From assembly GCA_965224705.1 (NCBI GenBank), contig OZ245056.1, positions 2,272,001 through 2,336,000 on the forward strand: a stretch of 64,000 bases of DNA, written 5' to 3'. The notes below the pieces were generated by a model that saw nothing but the letters and a program-made list of their open reading frames with translations, made no database searches and had not been told where the DNA came from. Positions within the stretch are counted from its first letter, which is position 1. Each line of letters opens with the position of its first letter. The translations under genes were made by a program, and so were the position numbers. This stretch comes from Spirochaetaceae bacterium. Lineage in GTDB: Bacteria; Spirochaetota; Spirochaetia; DSM-2461. Below, one piece after another: positions 1 through 10,463 of this stretch.

Positions 1-1238
1 ATGACAGCTCTCAACTGGTTTCGCAGAATCTGATAGGAATAATGCTTCAAGGCCAGTTTGTAATTGGTATCAGTCATCTCCCATACAAGTTCTTTATTCT
101 GCAGTACTTCCTCTGTTCTTTTGATGGTCTTTGACGAGATAAAATCGTCCATTTCGATAACCTTGAATCCTTTTGGTTTGATATCAGTGGAATAGATAGA
201 GTAATTATTGACCAGAATTGGTTTTCTGAACCATATTGCTTCAAGAAAGGCATTCCCGAAACCTTCTATGAGGGACGGATAGGTAATCAGATCTGCATGC
301 GGATAGATGTCCGACAGAGAGTATACGCGTCTGCCATCACCTGTTGTTCCTCTCTTCTCTTTTATTATGTCATCGACAAACAGGGCTCGTATTTTCATCA
401 GTCCAGCAAATTCCTTCACACGCGTTTGATACTCATACCCTTCGTCTCCCGATGCATGAGAAATAACGAGCACTGCCTTCCTGTTTATCCGTGCGACTAA
501 CTCGATGGCATGTTCAATCCCTTTTCGCTGAACAACTCGTGTCGGCTGCAGAACAAACAGCTCATCATCGGAGATTTTCAGATCTTTGCGCACATTCTTT
601 ATGTAGTCGTCCTCAGGCGGAGGACCTAATTCGAAGTTCATTACATTGGGAATGAGTGTGGATGAAATCCCTTTTCGAAGAGCTAATTGATTCTTACCGG
701 AAGAATTGATTACAACATGTTCAATGTTATTGAGATGGGGCGGATAGCACATATTGAAGTAATCCCACACACAATTACATAGAAACCTCTTTCTTTCCCA
801 GAAGAAATCATGATGATGAGCGATGACAGGTATGCCGGATTCAGCAATTACCTCCGTCAGGGCCAGACCCAATGGTATATTTAAGGGGATGGTAAGCACA
901 TTCTGAGGAATGAGCATATTGATTTCATATGTTCTAATAAAATCATATACTTTTGCCTTGAGGTACTGTTTTATTTCATAGATCTTTGAAGTGAGAGACG
1001 TATTCCGGTAATCACTGGCAAAGCACTCATCCGTAACGGCTTGAATTTCAGGATCCTGAAAATGCAGTTTTTCTTCCATGTACGATCTGTCGGACGGAGT
1101 ATCAATCTCACCGGCCATGAAATAGCAATCATATCCCATTTGTTCAATAACAGCCGCCCATTTCATCGTTTCCAGTGATACACCATCAGTTCCTGCCAGG
1201 CGAAATGAGATGAAACCAATATGTTGTTTACTTGCCAT
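1..1238 (-). CDS. Glycosyltransferase family 4, mannosylglucosylglycerate synthase (MggS)-like; 3' end runs off the window
   Basis: Not in the ORF track. Manual translation from ATG at 1238 gives MASKQHIGFISFRLAGTDGVSLETMKWA..., with GT4 motifs (TYPSLIEGFGNAFLEA); the same frame reads ...HYSYQILRNQLRAV at the window edge; AAGGAAGG RBS upstream. Confidence 0.8.
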   Translation of the reverse strand, partial: MASKQHIGFISFRLAGTDGVSLETMKWAAVIEQMGYDCYFMAGEIDTPSDRSYMEEKLHFQDPEIQAVTDECFASDYRNTSLTSKIYEIKQYLKAKVYDFIRTYEINMLIPQNVLTIPLNIPLGLALTEVIAESGIPVIAHHHDFFWERKRFLCNCVWDYFNMCYPPHLNNIEHVVINSSGKNQLALRKGISSTLIPNVMNFELGPPPEDDYIKNVRKDLKISDDELFVLQPTRVVQRKGIEHAIELVARINRKAVLVISHASGDEGYEYQTRVKEFAGLMKIRALFVDDIIKEKRGTTGDGRRVYSLSDIYPHADLITYPSLIEGFGNAFLEAIWFRKPILVNNYSIYSTDIKPKGFKVIEMDDFISSKTIKRTEEVLQNKELVWEMTDTNYKLALKHYSYQILRNQLRAV

Positions 1239-1355
1239 GCATGCCTTCCTTGTCACAGTATATATTTTACAGAGAATGATGGTATACTATATCTGTGCTT
1301 TGGTGAATTGTAAGGTTCAGGATTCAGAAAAATTGCATTGAAAGGGGAGAATACG

Positions 1356-3077
1356 GTGAATAAGGTAATCGAAGAGAAATTGAAACTCATCTTTGGGAAA
1401 ATAACAGGTGTCCAGACAGCAAAAAGGCTGGAGGGTCTGATTGATCAGTGGAGAAATCAAAATCCTCAGGTATCAGTCTCTTCAACCGGCGGCTTACCGG
1501 CCGATCAGAAAGATGCCATTATGATCACCTATGGGGATAACATACAGAAATCCGGGATGAAACATCTGGAGGCTCTGAAGGATTTTTCTGAACGAAGATT
1601 GACAGGAGTTGTGTCAGGCATTCATATTCTTCCCTTTTCACCCTACTCGTCGGATGATGGATTTTCAGTTATTGATTATCGAGCCGTTAATCCGGAATGG
1701 GGGGATTGGGATCAGATTACTTCTATCGCAGAAAACTTCCGGCTGATGGCGGATCTTGTTCTCAATCACTGCAGTGCTCACAGTTTCTGGTTCAAAGAGT
1801 TTCTGGCCGGAGTTGAAAAATACAAAGATTACTTCATTACTGTTCAGCCTGGAACTGATCTTTCCAGAGTTTTTCGACCTCGTGCACTCCCGTTGACCCA
1901 TGAATTTGAAGTGAATGGTCAGAAAAAAATGGTGTGGACAACATTCAGCCAGGATCAGGTCGATCTTAACTTTGCGAATCCGGAAGTCTTTCTTGAATTT
2001 ATTGATATACTGCTCGACTATGTTTCCAGAGGTGTCCAGCTTATCCGCCTGGATGCCGTTGGTTTCCTGTGGAAGGAAATTGGCACGAGCTGCATGCATC
2101 ACCCAAAGACCCATGAGATAATCAAAATTTTCAGGCTTGTTCTTGCCGAAACGTCACCGGAAGTGATCCTCATCACCGAAACAAACGTACCCCATGAGGA
2201 AAACATCTCCTACTTCGGTAAGGGGAACGACGAAGCTCATATGGTGTACCAGTTCACCCTGCCCCCCCTTACTCTGGATGCATTCCTTCGAGGTGATGCC
2301 TCCAGACTGACAGCCTGGGCTGCGACCCTGCCGGAGCCCAACCCTGACTTCAGCTTTTTCAACTTCCTTGCTTCCCACGATGGAGTGGGGCTTCTTCCAG
2401 CTCGCGGTTATCTTAACAGCAGGGAAATCAATGATCTGGTTGCAGCGGTTAAGGCCAGGGGTGCCAGGGTTGGGTACAAATCGACTCCCGATGGGGACAT
2501 CCCCTACGAGCTCAATGTGAGTTACCGGGATGCCGTGGCTGAGGACACACTTCCAATCGAAGGAAGGGCAGCGAAATTCCTGGCTTCACAGGCCGTGATG
2601 CTGTCCATGGCCGGTATTCCCGGGATTTACATCCATAGCCTTCTGGGATCGGGAAACTGGGACGAAGGTGTTAAACGTACAGGTATCAACAGATCCATCA
2701 ATAGGGAAAAACTGGATTCAGATAAGCTGAATGCAGAGCTTGACGATTTATCAAGTCTGCGGGGACAGATCTTCGCCGGTTATACAGGAATGCTCAAAGC
2801 GCGCCGTGCCCATCCAGCCTTCCATCCGGCGGCCGGGCAGCACATCCACTCCCTTTCTTCCTCTGTGTTTGCCCTGACACGCACAGCGGATAGTGGTCAA
2901 TCCGTCCTCTGCCTCATCTCGGTTTCTTCGAAACGGCAGAAAGTGCATCTGCCGGGGAAGTGGTCAACAGAAAAATCCTGTATGAACCTTGTAAACAGCT
3001 CGTTGGTGGAAGTGGAAGATGGGGAGGTTCTTATGGAAGCATGGGATGTTTTCTGGCTTGAGATGAATAGAAAATGA
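1356..3077 (+). CDS. GH13_18 sucrose-phosphorylase-family enzyme, probably glucosylglycerate phosphorylase
   Basis: GIHILPF, RLDAV nucleophile, ITETNVP acid/base, LASHDG and YELN motifs; GTG start at 1356 after GGGGAG (track starts at 1338). Confidence 0.8.
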   Translation: MNKVIEEKLKLIFGKITGVQTAKRLEGLIDQWRNQNPQVSVSSTGGLPADQKDAIMITYGDNIQKSGMKHLEALKDFSERRLTGVVSGIHILPFSPYSSDDGFSVIDYRAVNPEWGDWDQITSIAENFRLMADLVLNHCSAHSFWFKEFLAGVEKYKDYFITVQPGTDLSRVFRPRALPLTHEFEVNGQKKMVWTTFSQDQVDLNFANPEVFLEFIDILLDYVSRGVQLIRLDAVGFLWKEIGTSCMHHPKTHEIIKIFRLVLAETSPEVILITETNVPHEENISYFGKGNDEAHMVYQFTLPPLTLDAFLRGDASRLTAWAATLPEPNPDFSFFNFLASHDGVGLLPARGYLNSREINDLVAAVKARGARVGYKSTPDGDIPYELNVSYRDAVAEDTLPIEGRAAKFLASQAVMLSMAGIPGIYIHSLLGSGNWDEGVKRTGINRSINREKLDSDKLNAELDDLSSLRGQIFAGYTGMLKARRAHPAFHPAAGQHIHSLSSSVFALTRTADSGQSVLCLISVSSKRQKVHLPGKWSTEKSCMNLVNSSLVEVEDGEVLMEAWDVFWLEMNRK

Positions 3078-4522
3078 GTTTCATTGTATCACTGGAATCA
3101 GCAATCATGCGGAAAGGAGGGCCGCTTTGTATTGGTATTGACCCGAGAGTTGAACCGGGCGGGACAAGTTATAACGATCTGCGGGATTATGGGTGCCGGG
3201 TGGTTGATGCCTGCTCACCTTTTGCCGTGGCCTTCAAACTCCAGTTGGCCTTCTTTGAACGCCATGGAGCAGTCGGCCTTGAGGCCCTTGAGGCCATTCT
3301 ACGATACATCCAGTCTGCGGATCCTGAGTATCCTATTATTCTGGATGCCAAGAGGGGGGATATCGGCTCCACGGCCGATGCCTATGCCCAGGCCCTTCTC
3401 GGCAGGCCCGGATGCCTGGCCGTTACTCTTTCTCCATATCCTGGGGCTGAATCCATTCAACCCTTCCTTCAGTATAAGAATTCCTTCCTGTTCATACTCT
3501 GCCGTACAACAAACCCGGGTGCCCGGAAGCTGCAGGAAATGCCATTGCAGAATGGTCAGCCCCTGTATCTTGCGGTTGCCGAGGAGGCCGTGAGTTGGGA
3601 TGTCCAGCCTTCCAGACCGCAGATTGGACTGGTGGTGGCCGGTAATGATTCCCGTGCTCTGCGATTGGTAAGGCAATACCAGCCGGATACATGGTTTCTT
3701 GCTCCTGGCATTGGAACTCAGGGCGGACGGGCTGATGAGGCCATCGCTGCCGGTGCCAGAAGTGATGGGCTGGGTGTTCTGGCTTCTGCCAGCCGATCTG
3801 TCGCTGATGCCCCCGATCCCGCACTGGCTGCCGGCAGGCTCCGGGATACCCTGGAGAAGGCACGAGGGGCAGGTCAATCCGGATATAGTTTTAAGATTGA
3901 AAAATCTCGAAGCTCCGGCTTGAGGAAGGAAGAACATCAGGAACTGCTGGAAGGTCTCTTTCGGATTGGTGCCTTCAAACTGGGAGAATTCATCTTGAAG
4001 TCCGGTATGAAGTCGCCCTTCTACATTGATTTGCGCCGGATCAGTGCGGACAGCCGTCTATTTCAACTCTGCGGCCGGGCCTATGCATCCCTGTTGAAAA
4101 GTATCCAATATGATCATGTTGCTGGCATCCCGGTCGCCGCTCTACCGCTGGCCGCCGCTGCCGTTCTCGTCACTGGAGACAGTTTGATTTATCCTCGAAT
4201 TGAAAAAAAGGATCATGGTTCCGGTGTCCGGGTGGAAGGCGTCTGGCAGAAGGGTGATAGAGTTGTATTGCTTGATGACTTGATTACCACAGGTGGCAGT
4301 AAGATTGAAGCGGCGGCTATCCTGAAGGAAGCGGGTCTGAGAGTTGAGAATCTGGTTGTCCTCATTGAGCGGGGAAGTACCGGACGGGAAGAATTGGAAG
4401 AGGTCGGCATACATTTGAATTCCTGGATCAAAGTGGAGGATCTGCTTCAAGCAGGTGCCGCTGCTGGATACATCGGAGAAGAAGAGGCCCGAAGGGCAGC
4501 GGAATTTGTCAGGAAGGGATGA
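3074..4522 (+). CDS. pyrF-pyrE: Bifunctional orotidine-5'-phosphate decarboxylase / orotate phosphoribosyltransferase (PyrF-PyrE fusion)
   Basis: N-terminal LCIGIDP, DAKRGDIGST and LAPGIGTQGG; C-terminal FILKSGMKSPFYIDLR and LLDDLITTGGSK; ATGA overlap with the upstream gene. Confidence 0.9.
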   Translation: MSFIVSLESAIMRKGGPLCIGIDPRVEPGGTSYNDLRDYGCRVVDACSPFAVAFKLQLAFFERHGAVGLEALEAILRYIQSADPEYPIILDAKRGDIGSTADAYAQALLGRPGCLAVTLSPYPGAESIQPFLQYKNSFLFILCRTTNPGARKLQEMPLQNGQPLYLAVAEEAVSWDVQPSRPQIGLVVAGNDSRALRLVRQYQPDTWFLAPGIGTQGGRADEAIAAGARSDGLGVLASASRSVADAPDPALAAGRLRDTLEKARGAGQSGYSFKIEKSRSSGLRKEEHQELLEGLFRIGAFKLGEFILKSGMKSPFYIDLRRISADSRLFQLCGRAYASLLKSIQYDHVAGIPVAALPLAAAAVLVTGDSLIYPRIEKKDHGSGVRVEGVWQKGDRVVLLDDLITTGGSKIEAAAILKEAGLRVENLVVLIERGSTGREELEEVGIHLNSWIKVEDLLQAGAAAGYIGEEEARRAAEFVRKG

Positions 4523-4532
4523 TACGGCTCTG

Positions 4533-5642
4533 ATGGAATGGCTGAAAAATACAATTGTTATCTGGAATTACACCCTCCCCTTTACACTCCTTGAGTTCAT
4601 ACTTCGCCTTGTACTGCCCGTCCTGACTGTATTTATAACGGCGGTTGTTCTCTCTTCACTGATTCGCCGAATTGGCGGGAAACTGATAAGAGAGGATGAG
4701 AAGAGGCTGGGGTTTTCAAAATGGACACGGCGAGTTTTTCGTTTTATCGTCTTGATTTCCATTGTTATATCAGCAGGTTCACTTCTTGGAATCAAGGCAT
4801 TGAATGTACTGGGCAAGTTCGTCCAGGTACTGAATACTCCTTTTTTTTCCAGCGGGAATACAAGTATTTCAATCCTCACCTTGATTTTGATCATCCCCAT
4901 TACCCTGATTGCCTCCTGGGTTGGCCGTCTTGTAAGGCGGGGAATTGGAAATGGAAGACTGGTACTCTTCGGGTTGAATTCCGAGCAGGAATTCATTGTG
5001 GGCCGCATGGTTCACTATGTGATGATGGTCCTTGTTTTCATTCTTGGGCTTTCAGTTATCGGCATAGATCTATCGGCCATCGGTATCCTGTTTGGGATTC
5101 TGGGTGTTGGAATTGGTTTTGGTCTACAGTCATTTATTGCTGACATAGTGGCTGGTATCAGCCTCATTGGAATGGGACATATCAAAGAAGGAGATAGAAT
5201 CCGACTGGGGGAGAATGATGGTTCAATTCAACACATTCGATTGATGTATACGGAATTGACCACGTTTGAAAACGAAACATTGATAATCCCCAACCGTTTA
5301 CTCACAGGTGATATTATTCACAGTTATAATTACAAAGACAGTCGAGTTGTCATTGTCAACAGGGTTGATGTTTCCTACGATTCGGATCTGGAGGATGTTA
5401 TCAGAATCCTTCAGGAGGTGGCGGCACAAAATCCATGGATTCACCGGGCATCAGAGACCGATGTTCGGGTAAAATCCTTTGCTGATTCAGGAATTGTGAT
5501 GGAATTGCGAACATGGATACATGATGTCAAAGACAGAGCGGAAGCGCTCAGCTGGACCAATCTTGAAATATGGAGAAGTTTCAAGGCAGAGAGTATTGAG
5601 ATCCCATTTCCACAGCGTGATGTTCATTTGAAGAATTCATAA
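4533..5642 (+). CDS. Small-conductance mechanosensitive channel (MscS family)
   Basis: TM segments, GVGIGFGLQSFIADIVAG, IIPN and IEIPFPQRDVH motifs; start at ATG 4533 inferred. Confidence 0.88.
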   Translation: MEWLKNTIVIWNYTLPFTLLEFILRLVLPVLTVFITAVVLSSLIRRIGGKLIREDEKRLGFSKWTRRVFRFIVLISIVISAGSLLGIKALNVLGKFVQVLNTPFFSSGNTSISILTLILIIPITLIASWVGRLVRRGIGNGRLVLFGLNSEQEFIVGRMVHYVMMVLVFILGLSVIGIDLSAIGILFGILGVGIGFGLQSFIADIVAGISLIGMGHIKEGDRIRLGENDGSIQHIRLMYTELTTFENETLIIPNRLLTGDIIHSYNYKDSRVVIVNRVDVSYDSDLEDVIRILQEVAAQNPWIHRASETDVRVKSFADSGIVMELRTWIHDVKDRAEALSWTNLEIWRSFKAESIEIPFPQRDVHLKNS

Positions 5643-6454
5643 CGTTGACTTCTACTCTTGCGGTCTTTCAGTGAGAGCAATACAAGAATCAACAAAGCGC
5701 CCAGATAGGGAAGAGCCGGCATAACGGAGGCCCAGCCTGCTGCAAGGCCCTGTATTCTTCCAGAAACAATCTCAAACAGTGAGAAGATATAGCATGAAAT
5801 CAAAACCCCGGCTGGATTGCGATATCCTGTCCAGATCATGGCCAGAGCAATCCAGCCCTTACCCGCACTCATCCCCGGAACGAATACCCCTAACCGCAGA
5901 CTTATGATGCTTCCGGCAAGGGCCGCCATACCGGATGAGATGAACAGAACACTTATTCTCAGAAGCCGCACCGAAATGCCTCGTTCAGCCAGAAACTCGA
6001 CACCGCTGGCGGCGGCCCTGATGCGTCTGCCATACGAACTTGAGTATAGAACAAGGCTGATAATGATTCCTGAAGGAATCATCAGCCATGGCAACATGTC
6101 AAGTTCCCGGGATGCCAGGCGGAGAACACCTTCAAAGTTAAAAAAAAACCTGGAAACAAGGCTGTTTACTGCGGGTAGAAGAAGATTGATTCCCAACCCG
6201 GCTATAAACAGATTCGCTCCCCATCCAAGATGAAGAACTCCCAGTAATCCTCCGGCCAGAATGCCTGTAAAGGCGGCTGCTATCATGGCAGTCCACCATG
6301 GGAATCCCACACTCACGAGAACGGCCGTGATAAATGCTCCCACAGCTATATTGCCTTCCAGGGATATGTTCAGTGCCCCGGCCCTCTCAGACAGAAGTCC
6401 GCCCAGAGCCGTCAGAATTAGTGGAACTGATGAGTAGAATGCTGCTTCTATCAT
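5624..6454 (-). CDS. Nucleoside/sugar ABC transporter permease (NupC-like)
   Basis: SERAGALNISLEG and GKGWIALA motifs; hydrophobic. Confidence 0.85.
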   Translation of the reverse strand: MIEAAFYSSVPLILTALGGLLSERAGALNISLEGNIAVGAFITAVLVSVGFPWWTAMIAAAFTGILAGGLLGVLHLGWGANLFIAGLGINLLLPAVNSLVSRFFFNFEGVLRLASRELDMLPWLMIPSGIIISLVLYSSSYGRRIRAAASGVEFLAERGISVRLLRISVLFISSGMAALAGSIISLRLGVFVPGMSAGKGWIALAMIWTGYRNPAGVLISCYIFSLFEIVSGRIQGLAAGWASVMPALPYLGALLILVLLSLKDRKSRSQRYEFFK

Positions 6455-6602
6455 GGATGATGTAGTACTTCCCCTGTTGAATAGCTGTCTGTTTTTATCC
6501 AGTGTACCTTCGAAAAATCTGAATGCCGCCTGTTTGAAAATGCAGTCATGGCTGAGAATTTGTCAGGCATTGATATTGTGTTTAAGTTCCTTCTCCCTGC
6601 CA

Positions 6603-7610
6603 TCATTCAATCCTCTTCCTGCCGACAGTTATCAACAGGAAAACCACTGCCTGAATTAAACCTGAAAATGCAAATGGGAAGCCTGTCTGTGTCATAGCCG
6701 ATTGGGTTCCTGTTATCAGCCAGGCATAAGCCAGTGCTGCCAGAGGCACAAATTCAAGTCGATTCCCTGCTATCAAGGCAACAACCAGTCCATTCCACCC
6801 CAATCCGCTTGTAAAACCCTGTATCGCCTGGCCACTGTTCAGCAATGCTGTTACCCCTCCAAGACCATAGAGGCTCCCCGAGAGAGTCATGGAGAGAACC
6901 GTGATGCGGTTTGTATTGATGCCGCCATACGAGGCGAACCGGGGGCTTACTCCCCGAAGCCGCCACTCATAACCATAACGGGTGTAATAGAGGAAGAGTA
7001 CCGACAGGACGACCAGTATGACAGCCCACAGAACAATGGGACTCAAATTGGATGGCGGCAACCACTGAGGCAGTCTGTAGGTCGATGGCAGGGGAGGGGC
7101 ACCGATGAGATAGCTCTCCGGATCCCTCATGGCCCCCCCCAGCAAGCTTCCCCCGACAGGGAGTATGGCTAACGACAGAAGAAAACTGCTTATCAATTCA
7201 TCACATTCATATCTGGCTTTTAAAAACCCGGAAAATCCTCCCATGATTCCCCCGGCACCCATTCCAACTGTAATTGAAATCACCATGGCTGGAAAAATCG
7301 GGAGGTCTGGCAGCATGATGGCCATGGCCGCCGCACTGAGTCCTCCGGATACAGCCTGACCCTCTCCGCCAAGGTTGAAAAGACCCGTGTTAAAGACTAT
7401 GGCGGCTGCCAGGCCGGTGATGGTTAATCGGGCGGCATTCTCCAGCATGCTGCCAAAAGCGGAATAGCTTCTGAATGCGCCGGATAGAAGCCACAGAATT
7501 GTGTGGCCGGGTTTGTCTGCCAGGAGAATCATCAGGCATGCAACTCCAAGAGCAACCATGAAGGCTGTCAATGACATTCTCGGCCCACGGAAGGAGATTG
7601 ACCTTTTCAC
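6603..7610 (-). CDS. Nucleoside/sugar ABC transporter permease (NupB-like)
   Basis: GLFNLGGEGQ and GLGWNGLVVAL motifs. Confidence 0.85.
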   Translation of the reverse strand: MKRSISFRGPRMSLTAFMVALGVACLMILLADKPGHTILWLLSGAFRSYSAFGSMLENAARLTITGLAAAIVFNTGLFNLGGEGQAVSGGLSAAAMAIMLPDLPIFPAMVISITVGMGAGGIMGGFSGFLKARYECDELISSFLLSLAILPVGGSLLGGAMRDPESYLIGAPPLPSTYRLPQWLPPSNLSPIVLWAVILVVLSVLFLYYTRYGYEWRLRGVSPRFASYGGINTNRITVLSMTLSGSLYGLGGVTALLNSGQAIQGFTSGLGWNGLVVALIAGNRLEFVPLAALAYAWLITGTQSAMTQTGFPFAFSGLIQAVVFLLITVGRKRIE

Positions 7611-9127
7611 GGGAGATCATCCTTCCATAAACCGGCTGTCCGGGAGCTTATTTCTTTTCGGCTCCATGCATCGGCTGGTTTCACAGGACTGAGTCTTCCC
7701 ATACTTAAGACAGCCAGACTGTCAGCAATTTCCAGGGCCTCATCAATATCGGGAGTCAGCAAAAGAATTGCCATCCCCTCTCCGGCCATCTTCCTGAGTC
7801 TATGATGAATTGCTTTTCGGTTTTTTGTGTCCAGACCCATAACAGGATCGGCCAGCAGAAGGAGCTTATTGGCAAATTCCAATTCACGTTTGAGAATAAT
7901 CTTCTGAATGTTTCCACCAGACAACTCATCCATTCGCTGACCGGGCATTCCCTCAATGCCCGCTTCAATACAGCGTTTTTTTGCCCACCGATGAATAGTC
8001 TTCGGAGGCAGCCATCCCCGGTGGGAAAGTTTTTTCGCCTCAAGTACAATCAAATTCTCGCCGAGGGTGGAAGTCAGACTTGTGCCTCTCATTATTGCAT
8101 CCGAAGGAACATACCCGAGCCCGGCCTGCCTCACCCCGATCATTCCCTTTTTTACTGAATGACCGGATAAAAGTACCCTGCCGCTGTCTGGTGAAATCTC
8201 TCCCGAAATTATGCCTTCCAGATGAGTCAATCCTTCCTTCCACCGACCGGTGATACAGAGTATTTCCCCTGAATTAATGCTAAAACTCACCAAATTCAAT
8301 AGTTCTTTTTTCCCCCGGACGAGATGGATGTTTTCGCATCTTAGAGGCATGGGAGCTGAATAACTTTTTTTATCACCTTTCATCCGCACACGTTCAAATC
8401 CTGGCTGTTCCTCTTCTCCAGTGGTCATCAGAGCTGATACATCCTCCATATTGAGAGAATTTATGGGTTTTTGGATGAGTACACGGCCATTTTTCAGTAC
8501 GGTTAAATTGTCTGCAATACGGAATACTTCGGTCAGCCGGTGAGTGATGAGGAGAATTCCCATCCCCATCTGTTTGAGCCGCCCCAGCAAAGCAATGAAA
8601 TCCTCAATCCGGCCTTCTCCCCAGGCAGTCATTGGTTCATCAAAGATGATGTACTCTGGATTGGTCATCAATGCCGCAATCAGTTGGGCATGCTGCAGAG
8701 TAACGGCATCCTGATCACCGACTCTGCCGAGAGGATCAATGCCGGAGAACTGCCATTGATCGGCCAGTTTACAGAATTGATCAACATAGGTGGAAGGGCG
8801 TTGAAATCCTTTTTCCCGTCCCAGAATGGCGGCTTCCCAGAGTTTCAGACTGGCTGGCCATATACTTCTCTGTCTCACCAAACCTGTGCCGGGTATGGCC
8901 CTGCCGGAGTTTGAATGAAGGTCGATTTCCATGCCGTTGATGGTAAGAGTTCCCGTGTCTGGAGAGAGAACACCGGCAAGAATATGTCCCAGAGTTGTTT
9001 TTCCGGCCCCGTTTTCTCCAACCAGGGCATGTATGCGGTCAGGTTTTATTTCCATGGATACATTCACACAGCACTGAATGCCGGAGGATGGCCAGGTATG
9101 GTTTATTTGCCTTGAAATCAGGCTCAA
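7607..9127 (-). CDS. ABC transporter ATP-binding protein with two NBDs (NupA/CUT2 type)
   Basis: Walker A GENGAGKT, FDEP, ITH, second-domain LSGGNIQK. Confidence 0.88.
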   Translation of the reverse strand: MSLISRQINHTWPSSGIQCCVNVSMEIKPDRIHALVGENGAGKTTLGHILAGVLSPDTGTLTINGMEIDLHSNSGRAIPGTGLVRQRSIWPASLKLWEAAILGREKGFQRPSTYVDQFCKLADQWQFSGIDPLGRVGDQDAVTLQHAQLIAALMTNPEYIIFDEPMTAWGEGRIEDFIALLGRLKQMGMGILLITHRLTEVFRIADNLTVLKNGRVLIQKPINSLNMEDVSALMTTGEEEQPGFERVRMKGDKKSYSAPMPLRCENIHLVRGKKELLNLVSFSINSGEILCITGRWKEGLTHLEGIISGEISPDSGRVLLSGHSVKKGMIGVRQAGLGYVPSDAIMRGTSLTSTLGENLIVLEAKKLSHRGWLPPKTIHRWAKKRCIEAGIEGMPGQRMDELSGGNIQKIILKRELEFANKLLLLADPVMGLDTKNRKAIHHRLRKMAGEGMAILLLTPDIDEALEIADSLAVLSMGRLSPVKPADAWSRKEISSRTAGLWKDDLP

Positions 9128-9212
9128 TGTATTCTTCCAGAGGTCAGCACTGAAAAACCTGCCGGGATCAGATCAGGACTGGAATGAGTACCTTCTGAAG
9201 TTTTTCCGAATA

Positions 9213-10235
9213 TCAGAATTTTAAATCTCCGTTTTTCATCTGTTCCAGAATTCCAGATACCTTGCTGAGAATATCTTCTGGAACATGGCGCAGGATATTC
9301 CTGGTGTCCAGGGGCAGATTCACATACCCTTCTTCGACACCAACTTTCAGGCTTTTACCTTTTTCAAGTTCTTCATTGAGCCAGGCCTCTGTCCACTCTT
9401 CTGCGGCTCTGTCCTGTGCCAGTGTGGCACTGGCCAGAACAGTTCCCGGGGCAATATCTGTTCCATCGGAATCAAACCAGAGGACATAGGTCCCCTCTTC
9501 TCTGGCTGCCGCAACGACACCTTCGTTGGCCCCACCGGCAATGGTGAGTATCACATCCACATCCAGGGCCATCAGACCACGGGCAAGTTCATGGGCCTTC
9601 TGTGCGTCATACCAGTTTCCCAGCACCCGGAATTCCATCTTTATATCAGGGTTGACGGCATGAAGACCAATCTCAAAGCCCGGGATTATCTGCTTTGTCA
9701 TTTGCGGGTATTCCTGACCAACGATCAGGCCCACACTGAGTGCTGAATTGGCACCTTTGAGTTCATCCGATGTGGTAACCAGTCCTGCAAAGTAACCAAT
9801 GAGAAAAGCCTGTTCCATATGGTTGTAAATTACCTCGGTAACATTGGGGCCCCCGAGGTTTGAACCATCCAGAACAAGAAAATCCTGATCGGAATATGAT
9901 TCCGCAGCCATGGCACAGATTTCACTCATGGCCGCATTGGAAGTCACAATGAGATCATACTGTCCGGTGGCAGCCAGTGCCATTATTTGTTTTGACCAGC
10001 TGGCCTGATCAAAACCTCCTTCAATGGTTTTTACATCGGCATCCGCAGCGGCTGCCGATTTTCGAACTCCAGCATCCATCATTTCGTAGGTGGGACTGCC
10101 CGCCAGAACACCGGGTACGAATACCGCTATCGCTGTTTGAGTTTCGCTGGATTGCCTGTTACAGGATATTGTCATTCCCAGATACATCAAAATGATCATG
10201 ACAGGAGTGACCGATCGAAAAATACGCACATCCAT
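9213..10235 (-). CDS. BMP-family lipoprotein, nucleoside ABC substrate-binding protein
   Basis: Signal peptide with TISC lipobox; GNWYDAQKA and IAGGANEGV BMP motifs; first gene of the ABC operon. Confidence 0.85.
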   Translation of the reverse strand: MDVRIFRSVTPVMIILMYLGMTISCNRQSSETQTAIAVFVPGVLAGSPTYEMMDAGVRKSAAAADADVKTIEGGFDQASWSKQIMALAATGQYDLIVTSNAAMSEICAMAAESYSDQDFLVLDGSNLGGPNVTEVIYNHMEQAFLIGYFAGLVTTSDELKGANSALSVGLIVGQEYPQMTKQIIPGFEIGLHAVNPDIKMEFRVLGNWYDAQKAHELARGLMALDVDVILTIAGGANEGVVAAAREEGTYVLWFDSDGTDIAPGTVLASATLAQDRAAEEWTEAWLNEELEKGKSLKVGVEEGYVNLPLDTRNILRHVPEDILSKVSGILEQMKNGDLKF

Positions 10236-10393
10236 GCTCCAAGTATAGAACTATTGTGATTCATTCTGGTTCCGTCTTGCTGCTTTGCATCAATACGAAC
10301 CTCATGCGGAATCCCAGAATCAGCCTTTTGAGATAACCTGTGGTAAAGATAGAACGCTCAGAGACCGGGGTCAAGGCTTATTGATAATAAACA

Positions 10394-10422
10394 TTGACCA
10401 TATATCCACTTGATCGTATATT
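10394..10422 (+). promoter_or_regulatory. Candidate sigma70 promoter for prs
   Basis: TTGACC-N17-TATATT. Confidence 0.5.
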
Positions 10423-10463
10423 GTATGAAAAGAAGACTCATCTTACTCGGAGTATACAGCATC

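Noticed and set aside
297..500. 67-aa plus-strand ORF
   Set aside because: Antisense to the GT4 gene, which the track missed because it runs off the window edge.
6455..6602. 148-bp gap inside the ABC operon as a hidden gene or element
   Set aside because: No inverted repeats or credible ORF; the upstream frame of the permease has no alternative start before a stop codon.
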